Below are positions 39,628 to 51,049 of a stretch of 64,000 nt of DNA, piece after piece. Positions within the stretch are counted from its first letter, which is position 1. Each line of letters opens with the position of its first letter. The notes beneath the pieces were generated by a model. The model saw only the letters and a list, made by a program, of their open reading frames with translations. It was not told where the DNA came from and ran no database searches. The stretch lies in the NCBI GenBank assembly GCA_043228905.1, contig JBHGNT010000008.1, positions 3,224,001 through 3,288,000 on the forward strand. The letters are read 5' to 3'. A program made the translations under genes and the position numbers. The stretch comes from Azolla caroliniana. Its lineage: Eukaryota > Plantae > Polypodiophyta.

Positions 39628-40984
39628 TCCTCGTAGACAATGCTTGACACGCGGTCGGTCAAAGCTCTAGAGTAGGTCTCTAACTATGTAATCGAGGTCA
39701 TTAGGTTGCTAATTAAGGTGATTTTTGTGTTTATCTTCTCTTCCTATAGTGTTTGTGTGAAACACACCCTTTTGATCTATATGTCCTTGAGTTCATGTGT
39801 TTGTGCAACAATGATGACAATGAATGTTGCACATTAAGAGTCCAACATTGCTCCGTTGTGAAAGTATTTCACTATGCATACCACAACTCCATCTATAATT
39901 GAAAATGTGTACCACTTTGGTGTTTCATTGACCATTTACCTTTTGGTATCTCTTTGCTCCACTAACTCAAAGTTTCTACGCAACTACTTTTGATGATGAG
40001 TGATTTGATGAGTGATTTCAATGGATCAACTTCTAATGTGATGGCATTTTTGTATATTTTGGGCTCAAAGATGGTTTGCATGATAACACGCAATGTCCCT
40101 ACCCCTATTATATTCCCTACCCAAGTCTTATCGTAACACATTCTGCATTTGTTTTGCTTAGATTTTCATCATATTTGGTTTTCTCATCTTGTTCTTTTCC
40201 CTTGTTTTTTTCTCATGAATTCTCTTTTTCTATTGTTGTTTGTTTTACTCGTAAGATCTTTTCTTTAAAAGTTCAAGACATTCTTGTGGAGTTGCATCAA
40301 GTGTCGTTCCTAACATTTTAAAAATCAATAAAAAGAAATTGCGTATATAAATGCTTACATAACCTTTTGTAGAAACACGAGCTCCAATTGGGTTCTAAAT
40401 GTGATTGGGTATTTTCTTGTTTTGAATAAACGTGTTATATTTGCCCCCATGAAACATAACTCTCATCAATAACAAAATCTCGAGATATATGCATGAAAAT
40501 TTTGTTTGTATTATATAATTGAGCTTTTATGATGGAACACATCATTACTTAGTTTGATCACTTTGCCACAAATATCCTCAAGTGATGAAAATGACTCTTA
40601 TGTCAATATGTTTAATTTTGTTACTTATTGAAATCCATTTTGATAAACGCGTTGATTATTAAATCTATATTCCAAACAATTTAGAAACAAATATGTATTT
40701 AGGTATACTTCTCCCAAGATTTTGCTCATTGAAAGGGATGGTAGTTATATATAAGCATATAACTATCACTTTCTCCTTCAAAGGGACGATAGCTATATAT
40801 ATATATATAAGCATATAACTATCACTTTTATTTGAAAATTTGTAGTTATTAGTTATGAAACACAAGAAAAGCCTTACAAAGACAACTTCTCTAATCACCT
40901 CACTTGGAATGGATGTGCTTTCCTTTTATATTTTAAAAGGTATAGTCATGAGTCATGACCTAGCATATTGTTACTCAAGCACGA

Positions 40985-41024
<40 letters not shown>

Positions 41025-41561
41025 ATCTCTTGTGGAAAGGCAATTTCCTCTCTTTTTCCTTATACACAATTCACTTAACTATGTTTTTTATTCCCTCCAT
41101 CATCCCAACATATACAATCTCTAAGTGGGCGTGTCTAGTATTTGATCTTGAGACTTCAACTATCTTGTTTGCTTCCCATTCAACATAATTCATAGATATT
41201 TTAAGATGGGACTTGTGACTAATTGTCAATTGTGATACTTCAAGTCAACCTCAAACCTAAAGATTCTCAAGTTAGATGATGGTAGATATAGCTCTCCATT
41301 TGGGTAGAGGATGCATATTTGATGCCAAGAATATATCTCCACTAGGTATCGGGGTTGACATCGATGACAATTAGTGCATGATTTAAGGGTTCCAGCATTA
41401 CGTGTGGATGGCACATGAACCAATGCAACACATATTTCTGGAATGTATATGTGTGTATTAGACACATTTCTAAGAGGATCTTGATTTGTGATTATATTCC
41501 AACTAACCTTATCCATGTGATTATATACACATTTCTAAGAGGATATTGTTGTTACCTTGGG

Positions 41562-42890
41562 TTAGGTAAAGTAATAGATGTAGCCCATTTGGTGCCCAAG
41601 TGACCGAAATCTGTTAGTCGAAAGACTCTTGGTCATTGTAGCTACAACGTTATTGGTTGTGCAAATCTTCTCTAAGTTGAGCTTTCCTGTGGTTACACAA
41701 TCCCGAACAAAATGATATCGAACTTCGATATATCTAAACGTGTTATGATGAATCAGATTCTTCAATAGCACGATAGCTCCCTGACTATCGTTGTAGAAAA
41801 CTGGAGCTGAAGTTGAGTCCGCTTGCCGAAACGTGTAGGCTAGTCGATCAAGCCATATTGCTTCTTCCACAACATTAGACTCAACTACATCTTTGGCTTT
41901 GGTCGTGGAAGTGGTTGTGCACTCTTGGAGTTTCGATCTCCACGAAATTGCTCCAATCTTGAATCAAAAGAGGTATCCAGATGTTAACTTTCGATTGTCC
42001 AAACAACCGGCGAACTCTGTGTACGTGTACCCGACTATGCCTGACATCTTGTTCGGGCCGAATAGGATGCGAAGGTCATTTGTGCCCACTGAATATCTGA
42101 ATATATGCTTTACTGTGTTCCAATGTTGTTGGCTAGGATTGTGCATAAATCAACTGGTGACAACAATTGCATGCGCTATATCTAGCCGTGTCGCGACCAT
42201 AGCGTACATTAGGGAGCCGACTATTGGTGCATATGGTACCGACTTTATATCTTCCCCCTTGGGACCGGATTGGACATTCTCGCTAAGACAACCAAAGACT
42301 AATTGGGAGTGGGATTGAACCTAATTTAGCCGACTACATGTTGAAGCGATCTAAGACAAGTCTGATGTTGTCGAATGTCTTTGATTACGAAGCCGATTAA
42401 TCTTCATTCCAAGAATGTGTCAAGCAGGGCTTAAGTCCTTCATTGCAAACTTCAACCATAGTTGTCGAACAAGGTCGACAAGCTCTTCCACATTTCAGCC
42501 GATGAGAAGCATATCATCCACGTATAGGATGAGGAAGATGGGTGATCCATCTCGAGCATTTCTTGAGTAGCGGCAATGGTCCTCATCACTCTTAGAGAAT
42601 CCAACCAACTATATGAAGTCGTCAAATTTCCTATACCATTGTTTGGAGGCCTGCTTGAGGACGTATAGACACTTCTTGAGTGAATAGACTAGACTTTCTT
42701 GACCAAATATCACAAAGCCTTTCGGTTGTTCCAAATCAATTTCATCCTCGAGATCACCAACAAGGAAGGTCGTATTGACGTCAAGCTGAATTAGCTCTAA
42801 ATTCTCGGCTACTACAACATACATTAGAAATCGAAGGGTAGTCATTTTCACCGTTGGTAAAAAAAATTCGTCGAAATCAACACCATATTC
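41562..42890 (-). mobile_element. Ty1/copia RT-RNase H remnant
   Basis: EYGVDFDE, QLDVNTTFL.GDLEDEI, ILYVDDML, HWNTVKHIFRY, DSQGAI and YIEVRYHFVRD; many frameshifts. Confidence 0.9.
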
Positions 42891-42891
42891 T

Positions 42892-43682
42892 TGTCAATAT
42901 TTCCTTATACTTGAGATTGACCGAATTGGACGTTGTCGTGAAGATTTCCAGCTACGGTGAGAAAACCGAGAGGGACAAATAAATGGGAATGTGCAATATT
43001 GCACGTGCACTTGTAAATTGTATGATGAGAATAAGATAACAAAATGTAAAGGGGAAGGGTAATAATCTAAGGTTCTAAAGGTGCACCACGAAGTTCGTAG
43101 AGGCATAAATGCGATGTGCACTTTGTAGAGTAAAATGAGTAGTGGGCATTGAGAGTGAATGTGATTAGAAAGAGAGAGTTAAGGCCCACCGATTTAAGAT
43201 CAAGGGAGATATTCCCCATTAAAGGAATGGGGATTTGACTCCCTCTTGTAATGTGCTCACCCCTTACTACTATAAAAGGGAGTGAGGGGTCACTTGTGAA
43301 GGGGTTGCCTATTTTGAGTGAGACAGGTATACCACTTAGGTCGAGGGTTCTTTTAGGGGTTTTAGGGTTTCTTCTAGGGTCTTCTTCTTGGGTTTCTTTT
43401 AGGGTTTCTATGCTTCTTTGTTTACTTATCCGGTTAGGTTTTTCTTGTAATCGTTTTGGTGCGGCCTATGCGGTCTTGGTGGTAATCGTTTGTGGAATCT
43501 TAATATAACTTGTTGTGTATCTTGCCTCCATCTATTATATTCTATGTTTATGTGCTATTCTTCCTCTTCTCCTCTTGAGCTAAGCTTCCATTTTGTGTCT
43601 TATTCCTTTTCCTCTACTACCTAGTCCACGACCCCCGTGGTTCCGCCTCAGATCCTACACACGCTCACGGAATACTGTGACA
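42892..43682 (+). mobile_element. Probable solo LTR abutting or inserted in the copia RT
   Basis: TGTCAATATTTCC...GGAATACTGTGACA termini; CTATAAAAGGG TATA box at ~43270; TGTAAT-rich R region; TSD unclear. Confidence 0.55.
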
Positions 43683-45149
43683 ATGTCTCTTTGAGTCAAA
43701 AACCTCGTTTCCATGGAAGAGCATCTCGATTATTCGGCAATTTGACTAGGTCTCATATCTTATTGTGTCGTGAAGAACAGACCAAGAGAGTGTCTCTCCA
43801 ATGGTAGTGAAAGTCTTTCTAATTGGCGTGGAATGACTGTGTCTCGCAAGATCCTCATGGGAGATCATCTCTTTAGTAGCCGATCCACTCTACGGATCAC
43901 TACTTAAGCTTCTCTCTACATAAGCTTGATTTGAAGTACCGGCAATAGACGTACTTTGTCCCATGGTGGCAACTTGTCGTGTGGCTACAATTCTTCCACC
44001 GCACCAATCGAATTGAACATCTTCATCCTTAGCATCCGTCTCGATATAACCCACCCCAACAAAGACTTCACTTATTTATATGTAGATCTTCATCCCACAA
44101 TAAATTTTAAAGTCTCTTGTATAATACACATATACTATGTTGGTAGTCTATGTTTGGTTACTTGTGTAGTAAAAAATTTACCTCAACGAGCATTGAAAGT
44201 GACTCCAAGATATACATATAATCCAACTACTTTAGCTAACATTTAGTCCTAACCTGACCAAATGTATGGTAGATAAGGACTTTAATTCTCCATAGATTCA
44301 CTACCAATCCTCTTTGTGTGCTAAAGTCAACTAAGGCATTAAGGTACCTTTGTAGGTTGTGTTCAAACTCAGAGAGTAAAACTATGTTGTTTACATAGAG
44401 CAAGAGATTGACTTTTGTACCCTTAGGGCCTTAAGATTACTCCGTTGCCTCCCTTGCAAGCAATAAAATCAATAATTGAATCAATGTAGATCCCCAAAAC
44501 GAGTCAGTCATAGGGGACAACCTTGCTTTACACCAATGGTGCTAATGAAGCAATTGGATACCCCACCCAAACATCATACGTGGCCGGAGACTTGCTCATA
44601 TAAAGCGCAGATGCCCCAAATCATGTCATCGGGCATCTCCAAGCTTTTAAGCTTGTCAAGCAAGCGCAAAACAATAATGTAATTTCCTCTTCCGAGACTT
44701 GGTCTATTCAATTAAGCATCTAACTGTAAAGATATGGTCAATTGTAAAGAAGGTTCGTAGAAAGGCAGTTGGTTTGTACGGGTGCTAAAAGACGTAATGT
44801 CTTTATATAATCATTGAGCTCTACTTCAATTACTGCTTAATGTCTCCATATAATTGTTGAGATCTACTTACATTATTGCACCGTATAGTTTAGCGAGCAT
44901 ATGACTAATCATAATGGTCCATGGGTCCCCTCCTTTATGTGGTGGAAAAGAGAGTGTCTTTTCTGTGTGTAAATCGTAATGATTGTAAGCGGAGGGTACA
45001 AGATGGAATTTCTGAAACTCTAAGTCAAAATGGGAGGGAGAGGGGCCAGATTTGTAATTACTTCAAAAGACGAAATTCTTCTTTCCAGTTCTCAACAAAA
45101 AAGAAAAGAGCAGGTAGTTATGATTCCTGCGCAGGAAACAAAAACACGA

Positions 45150-46817
45150 ATGGCCCTGCTTATCGCAACCCTAACCCTAACCCTAACCCTAACCCTAACC
45201 CTAATTGTCATCGTTTCCTGCGCATGCGCCTCCACTCTTCCTATCTCCTCCCCGTGCAGCAGCTCTTTGCAGGTCGCACCTCCTCCTCCTCCTCCTTCTC
45301 TTGATCCACGCCTTCCTTTAAACCCCCATTCTGCACAGACGAAACCGACGACTAGTAACGAGGATCCCCTTCAACTGCGGCTTCTTGATCTCTTCCATCC
45401 CGGATCTTCATCCCTCCCTGGTCGTCGTCCTTACCAAGAAGATCGCATCGTCTGCTCTCCCCACCTTCGCATTTTCTCTGCAGGGAGAGACAGCGAATCC
45501 CCAGGAAACGGATCGTTATTGGTTGGCCTTTTCGCTGTCTTCGATGGCCATCTCGGTGACTCTGCAAGTAACTTCGCCGCCAATTCCATCAGAGAGCGTT
45601 TCCTTCATCATGTTCATTCTCACGAAGACATGAAGAAAGACGTTGCTTCTTCCTCTGTGCCCCAGCCATTGCTCCTCCAAGAAGCACTTCGAGATGCCAT
45701 CAGAGACATTGATTCTGAATTCGCCAAGACGGGCGCATCTCAAAAAAGTTCCATGATGTCTGGTTCGACTGCAGTCGTGGCTCTTAAGGTAGGCAATCAA
45801 CTCCTTGTTGCTAATGTAGGAGACTCAAAAGCTTTGGTCTGCTCTTCTTGCAACAGATATTCGAGTTTGATCAGAGAGCCTAGTAATAAGAATGATGGTT
45901 CGCTCACAACAGTAAAAGCTTCATTGAGGCGAGAAAGAAGAAAGAAGAATAGATCTTCTAGTATGGGTTATGCCAAGACGAAGAAACGGGATGACTCAGA
46001 ATTAGGTTTATGTGTTCGAGAAGTGAGTTCAGATCATCGTCCTGACAAACCAGAAGAGAAGCTTCGTATAGAAGCTTCTGGTGGCTTTGTCACTACCACA
46101 GGTTCATATCCTCGTGTCAATGGAGAGCTTGCTGTTTCTCGTTCTATAGGTGATGTCAAGCTCAAGAAGTTTGGAGTCATATCCGATCCAGAGTTCTCGG
46201 ACTGGCTCCCTATCTCTGAGAATGAAAGGTTTATTGTACTTGCTTCTGATGGTATATTTGAGAAGATAACTCCACAGGAAGTATGCGATGTCATCCATGG
46301 AATCGCCTCCGGACAAGATATTCAAGAACTAATGGAAGATTCATTAATGCAAGCAGATGTATCTGGAATTGTTGCATTACCTCCTCCGCATTTGCAGCTT
46401 CCTGTAAGACCTGATCTTCATGTGGCTGAAACTATCCATTCCATCCATCGTCAAAATATGGAAGCAATAGCTACTGATCTGTCTGTAGATATGGATGATC
46501 GCAATAGTAATAGGAACAATACTACTTCTGTGGAACTATGGCACGCTGAGACTATACCCAAAGACTATGCCATATCTTGGGAAGATATGGAAGTAATATC
46601 AACGGATCATTCTGCATATATTGATGTTTGCCATACTGATATGGACAGTTCAACTTCTATGGAACGATGGAATGCTGATGGTATAGCTGCATCACATGAT
46701 AGCTCTTGTAGTGCACGCATGATAGCCCAATTTCTCACGCAACTCGCATTTCGAGCGGGAAGTATGGACAATCTTTCAGCTGTTGTGGTTCCGTTGAGAG
46801 CAGAAAATAGCACATGA
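45150..46817 (+). CDS. Intronless protein phosphatase 2C, PP2C51/At3g63340-like clade, with N-terminal signal-peptide-like segment (in-frame upstream ATGs at 45030 and 45120)
   Basis: GRRPYQEDR, VFDGH, SGSTA, ANVGDS, DHRP, RVNGELAVSRSIGD, LASDG and GSMDNLSAVVV; all metal-binding Asp residues present; continuous ORF. Confidence 0.9.
   Translation: MALLIATLTLTLTLTLTLIVIVSCACASTLPISSPCSSSLQVAPPPPPPSLDPRLPLNPHSAQTKPTTSNEDPLQLRLLDLFHPGSSSLPGRRPYQEDRIVCSPHLRIFSAGRDSESPGNGSLLVGLFAVFDGHLGDSASNFAANSIRERFLHHVHSHEDMKKDVASSSVPQPLLLQEALRDAIRDIDSEFAKTGASQKSSMMSGSTAVVALKVGNQLLVANVGDSKALVCSSCNRYSSLIREPSNKNDGSLTTVKASLRRERRKKNRSSSMGYAKTKKRDDSELGLCVREVSSDHRPDKPEEKLRIEASGGFVTTTGSYPRVNGELAVSRSIGDVKLKKFGVISDPEFSDWLPISENERFIVLASDGIFEKITPQEVCDVIHGIASGQDIQELMEDSLMQADVSGIVALPPPHLQLPVRPDLHVAETIHSIHRQNMEAIATDLSVDMDDRNSNRNNTTSVELWHAETIPKDYAISWEDMEVISTDHSAYIDVCHTDMDSSTSMERWNADGIAASHDSSCSARMIAQFLTQLAFRAGSMDNLSAVVVPLRAENST
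45168..45203 (+). repeat. (ACCCTA)6 telomere-like repeat in the coding sequence (Thr-Leu x6)
   Basis: Visible directly. Confidence 0.95.
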
Positions 46818-47194
46818 AACCTTGAATGAATTTCTTTAATACGGTTCTCAACTGCTCGACAAGAGAACAGAACAGATGTGAAGACTCTTGCAGGCAATTA
46901 TAAACATTTTGACCTGCCATTGATAAACATGATGATCAATACAACTAAAAATCTGGACTTTGATATTCTAGGTATGGAGAACCAAATACAGCAAGACAGT
47001 GAAATGTTTTGCTGCTTATTTTGTTAATACAACGGATAACTCAACTTGTGAATAGCATATTTATTATTGACACTGTACCAAGCAAACTACATTCTTTTTC
47101 GGGATTCTGAACCAGTGACAGATCCTGTAACATGTGGCCTATATTCTCTCATTTCTGTGAACCCATCACAGATATATCTCAAGTACATTGTTAA

Positions 47195-47272
47195 TATAAA
47201 AAAGGACTTTCATCTTCATTATAAAAAAGAACTTTCATCTTCATTATAAAAAAGAACTTTCATCTTCATTAT
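47195..47272. repeat. ~25-bp tandem repeat x3
   Basis: ATAAAAAAGAACTTTCATCTTCATT repeated. Confidence 0.85.
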
Positions 47273-48907
47273 GTTTATAAATTCCTACTGTATTTCCTAA
47301 ATCATCTGTAGAGTTTACACCCTCTGAACTTTGCATTTGGTTGGGAAACACAAGCTGTTGCAAAATCTATGAGGAAGATTGAAACCCGCCTTAAGTAAAC
47401 CAGTTACTACCATGGATAGGCCTATATTTTCGAAGGATTTAAAGTAGTGCAAGATTATGCAACTTTGGAGTTAGGTTTCTATTATAAATGAGCATAAGAT
47501 GAAGCATTTGTGCATGTTCTCAATATCATTGATTGACTCAAGCTGTGAGAAATTGGATTGTAGTTTCTTGAGAAAGATTGAGAGAGCAGAGAAAAAACAA
47601 GCTTCATAAACTGTATTATATGGATTATTAGATTTTTTATCAAAGTTTCTTTCCAACATTGACATCGAATTTTCCAAAATGCATCCAGAGCATAACATTA
47701 TTCTGAACACATGCCTTCGAAAACGCCCTAGAGTAGAAATTGATCAATGGAAACCACTGATACAACGTGCTTCAAAATGCCAAGCTGCAGAGAACATTGT
47801 CTTCCTGCCAACACCTCAATGCAGTAAATCAATAGGATACATATTACAACAGTGGTAGAACTAAAAGTGCAAAGACATGGATCTCAGTCCAAATCTGCAA
47901 AATAATTTACAATTGATCCTTACATAATTTGAACTATCGAGGACAGATGAAAAGGATAACTGTTCACTTTTCAGGGGCTACGCTTATCACAGTTATTCCT
48001 AGCTCATTGATAGAATTTGTTCATACTGTAGAACTTCAATACCTAAGATACCTTGGGAAGTTGACTATGTCGCTGTAGTTCGTTGCTTCCTAATTCTAAT
48101 GTCCTTTCAACCCTAAATTAAGTGCCTAATGTACAGTATATTGTACATTTTCAAAATGCGTAAAATGCAGTAAAAAATCCTTCCATTTCTAATCCTTCCA
48201 TTTCTAGAGAATCAATTGTTGTTGTGTAACATCCCCTCCCATCTAAAATGTATGTGTACAAATGGACGTGGACAAGCACAAACTCTATTAATTTCCCAGA
48301 GGCACATTAATTAAAACTTCCATTCCAAAACAATTACCTTCCTTGACCATTTTCAACCTGCTGGCCCACACAAATATAACAGTACCATTCACTCGTTCTT
48401 TCAAATCTCAGAACATTGCCTATTAAAGTTATGTTTGCATGTTACTGCTTCATGCTTCAAATGTTACTGCTCAATACAATCAACCTTAGCATTTAAATGT
48501 GATTGATCGCACCAGTTTAGAGCATTCATCAACAATAGTAAGTACCGAGAGAGGCATACAGTCATTATTCTTCCTCTCCATATTACACATCATATCATAA
48601 CTTTCATATTCACTTTGGTACCATCACAAGGATAGCAATATTCAACTCCATTGCCTCAAAAGACATTTACACAATATAAGTATCCAGATTCCAACCGATT
48701 GCATACTCATAAGTGCGATACACACATGCCACAGATACAATTCTTCTTTAACATACCAATGTCACAATCTTCACTTTACCAATCACATCCACTGTTCACA
48801 TTTGTTATCCCGCTTTAAATAATCAAACCCACAAAACAGTTCACAACAGTTAAAACCACTGGGATTTATGAAAGACGAGCAGCAGTATTACTACAAATTC
48901 CACATAT

Positions 48908-49255
48908 TAGAATATCCAATATGCACATTCTAATCTTCGCATCTGATCTGAACTTAACTGCTGGTATCAATCCACTAAATTACAAAGGTTCAATCTGCAA
49001 TTTCGAATCATCCACAAGAATATCCAATCTGACCCTTCTAATTTTCGTATCTGATTTGAACATAACAGCTTGATGACGGACGGTATCAATCCACTAAATT
49101 ACAAAGGTTCAATCTGCAATTTCGAATCATCCACAAGAATATCCAATCTGCACCTTCTAATTTTCCCATCTGATTTGAACTTAACAGCTTGATGACACAC
49201 GGTATCAATACACTAAATTACAATGGTTCAATCTGCGATTTCGAATCATCCAAAA
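48908..49255. repeat. ~110-120-bp tandem repeat x3 (partial fourth copy at ~49450) in the putative snoRNA host intron
   Basis: GAATATCCAAT...ATCTGAT.TGAAC...GGTATCAATCCACTAAATTACAAAGGTTCAATCTGC...TTCGAATCATCCA. Confidence 0.85.
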
Positions 49256-50337
49256 CATATTAAGTCATTCCGGAAATTCAACTGCATTTACCATCAGCTT
49301 CGTTTTAGCGATCATATCCACTGTTCACAATAGTCATCTCTCTTTGATTCATCAAGGCCGCACAGTGTGAGAACTAAATCCACATACCAGGATATATAAT
49401 TTAAACCTTCAAAACTTCACATCCGATGTGCTATCACCATTATGGCACACAGTATCAATCCACTAGGCTAAGAAGATTCAATCTGCACTTCCGCCTCATA
49501 CACACCATATAAATTCATTCGAGAGCTTCCACTGCGCTTACAGTTTCACATATTACTGAGCCGTGTTGTCTCGACGTAACCATGACTTTTAATTATATTA
49601 AAAAGATATTGGACGATAGCTTAGAAGTATGATTGAAGAAAATCAAGCCTTTACGTCTGGAGGGAAACTTACTACCTAAATAAGTATCGGAGATGTTAAC
49701 AAGTGCATGAATATGGGAATAGTCAACGCCTGATTGTAGAAAATTAAGTTTTTACGTCTACAGGAAACCCACTACCTTAGTAGGGATTACCGATGTCAAC
49801 GAGATGATTAATGTTCTATGAAAAGTATCAGCCTGCTTTGAACATAATTTATATTGGCATTGATTCCCCAGGTTGTAATAATTCCCACGCAAAACCTCAT
49901 CGCAGGTCTTGATTGACCTAATGTCTTCCTTCTTCACATCACAGTTTCTGTGTAAACTATACAATTGATGCAACTGGCAAGCTTTAACGTATGCGACAGA
50001 ATGGTATAAGCTCTGTACTAATTGATCTCCTAAGGTAACGAACGAATTGGTTATTATGGAACCTATAAAGGTACAACACAAAGATACGTCAAGCTAAGAA
50101 GCTATATTGCGTTGAATGTTTGCTGTGAGCTTTTACAGCATGGAAAGAATAGCAATAATCTTCATGTAATTACGAGACCTAAAAGGGAACTGAACCACGA
50201 CAGCTCAACCTAAACGGCTACACGGCGTTACATGTTTGCATTGTTATATTATACCCCGGATTACGAAGTACACTCATCTATATATAATGCACTTAGCTAA
50301 CCTTCATAGGGTCCTAAGCCATGACTGTAGAGATAAC

Positions 50338-50423
50338 GCAGCTTCAGCCGAAAGATGGTGATTTTTGGTTTATTAATCACTCAAATTGTCATAAATTGAG
50401 GCAAATTCTTCATCATTAGCTGC
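50338..50423 (-). ncRNA. Box C/D snoRNA, U51/snR39-like (predicted 25S Am at the yeast A807-equivalent site)
   Basis: Box C AUGAUGA (50410-50416), box D CUGA (50344-50347), terminal stem GCAGCU/AGCUGC; guide UCACCAUCUUUCGG is the exact complement of conserved LSU CCGAAAGAUGGUGA. Confidence 0.9.
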
Positions 50424-50532
50424 TCAAAAGCCATTCGAAATCTTGATGTTAAACCTAAGGTTAAAGCTAACTTAGGATTGAGATCTGATTGAGATCTGAT
50501 AGAAATGAAATGCTACAGGAATCGAAAGCAGT

Positions 50533-50609
50533 TTGCCGTCAGATGGTAGTGCATGTTACAATTCATCAAGGATCAGAACAGGTCTGTAAGTGTAATCCTC
50601 ATCCGGCAA
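50533..50609 (-). ncRNA. Dual-guide box C/D snoRNA, U33/snR55-like plus an snR56/U25-like guide (18S)
   Basis: Box C GGAUGA, D' CUGA (50573-50576), C' UGAUGA (50563-50568), D CUGA (50539-50542), stem UUGCCG/CGGCAA; D' guide UUACAGACCUGUU pairs with SSU AACAGGUCUGUGA; D guide CAUGCACUACCAU pairs with SSU GUGGUGGUGCAUG. Confidence 0.92.
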
Positions 50610-50697
50610 TACTCACGATGGGCTCAGCGGCAAAGACAAGGAATAGAATAGGAATTGATTTCCCACCAGGTACTGTTCCACAGTGGAACACAAAGAA

Positions 50698-50769
50698 GGA
50701 ATCAGAGAATCAGTCGAATCCTCACGAATTAATAGGACTGGGGCGACATAACAATGCTCATCACTTTCC
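50698..50769 (-). ncRNA. Box C/D snoRNA with LSU guides (snR190/SNORD12-region guide and a possible U2347-equivalent guide)
   Basis: Box C GUGAUGA (50758-50764), C'-like GUGAGGA, D CUGA (50702-50705), stem GGAA/UUCC; UGUCGCCCCAG pairs with LSU CUGGGGCGGCA; CUGAUUCU pairs with LSU (A/G)GAAUCAG. Confidence 0.8.
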
Positions 50770-51049
50770 GAGGAGAACAAGACGAAAAGGTTTCCAGGCT
50801 ACAGATGGAATCTACAGATAGATGTAGCAGCGTTTAGCTGATGTCTGCAGCGAAAGAAGTAACATGGAGAAGAGAGGAAGATCTTCACCTGTGTCGCAAA
50901 GCTTGCAGAGGAAAGGAACCATGGGATGTGGGCCTACTCACGAGGAAACGAATCAAAGGAGCGAAAAAAAGAAAATTCACACCTCCTCGAACCAGATACA
51001 CGCAGGCCCATATTTCTGAAGGTTGCAGCCATGGCCATGCTTTATACAT

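Noticed and set aside
49828-49845. Match to 18S-like GTTCAAAGCAGGC next to CTGA
   Set aside because: It is in rRNA-sense orientation on the snoRNA strand and has no suitable C box; probably chance
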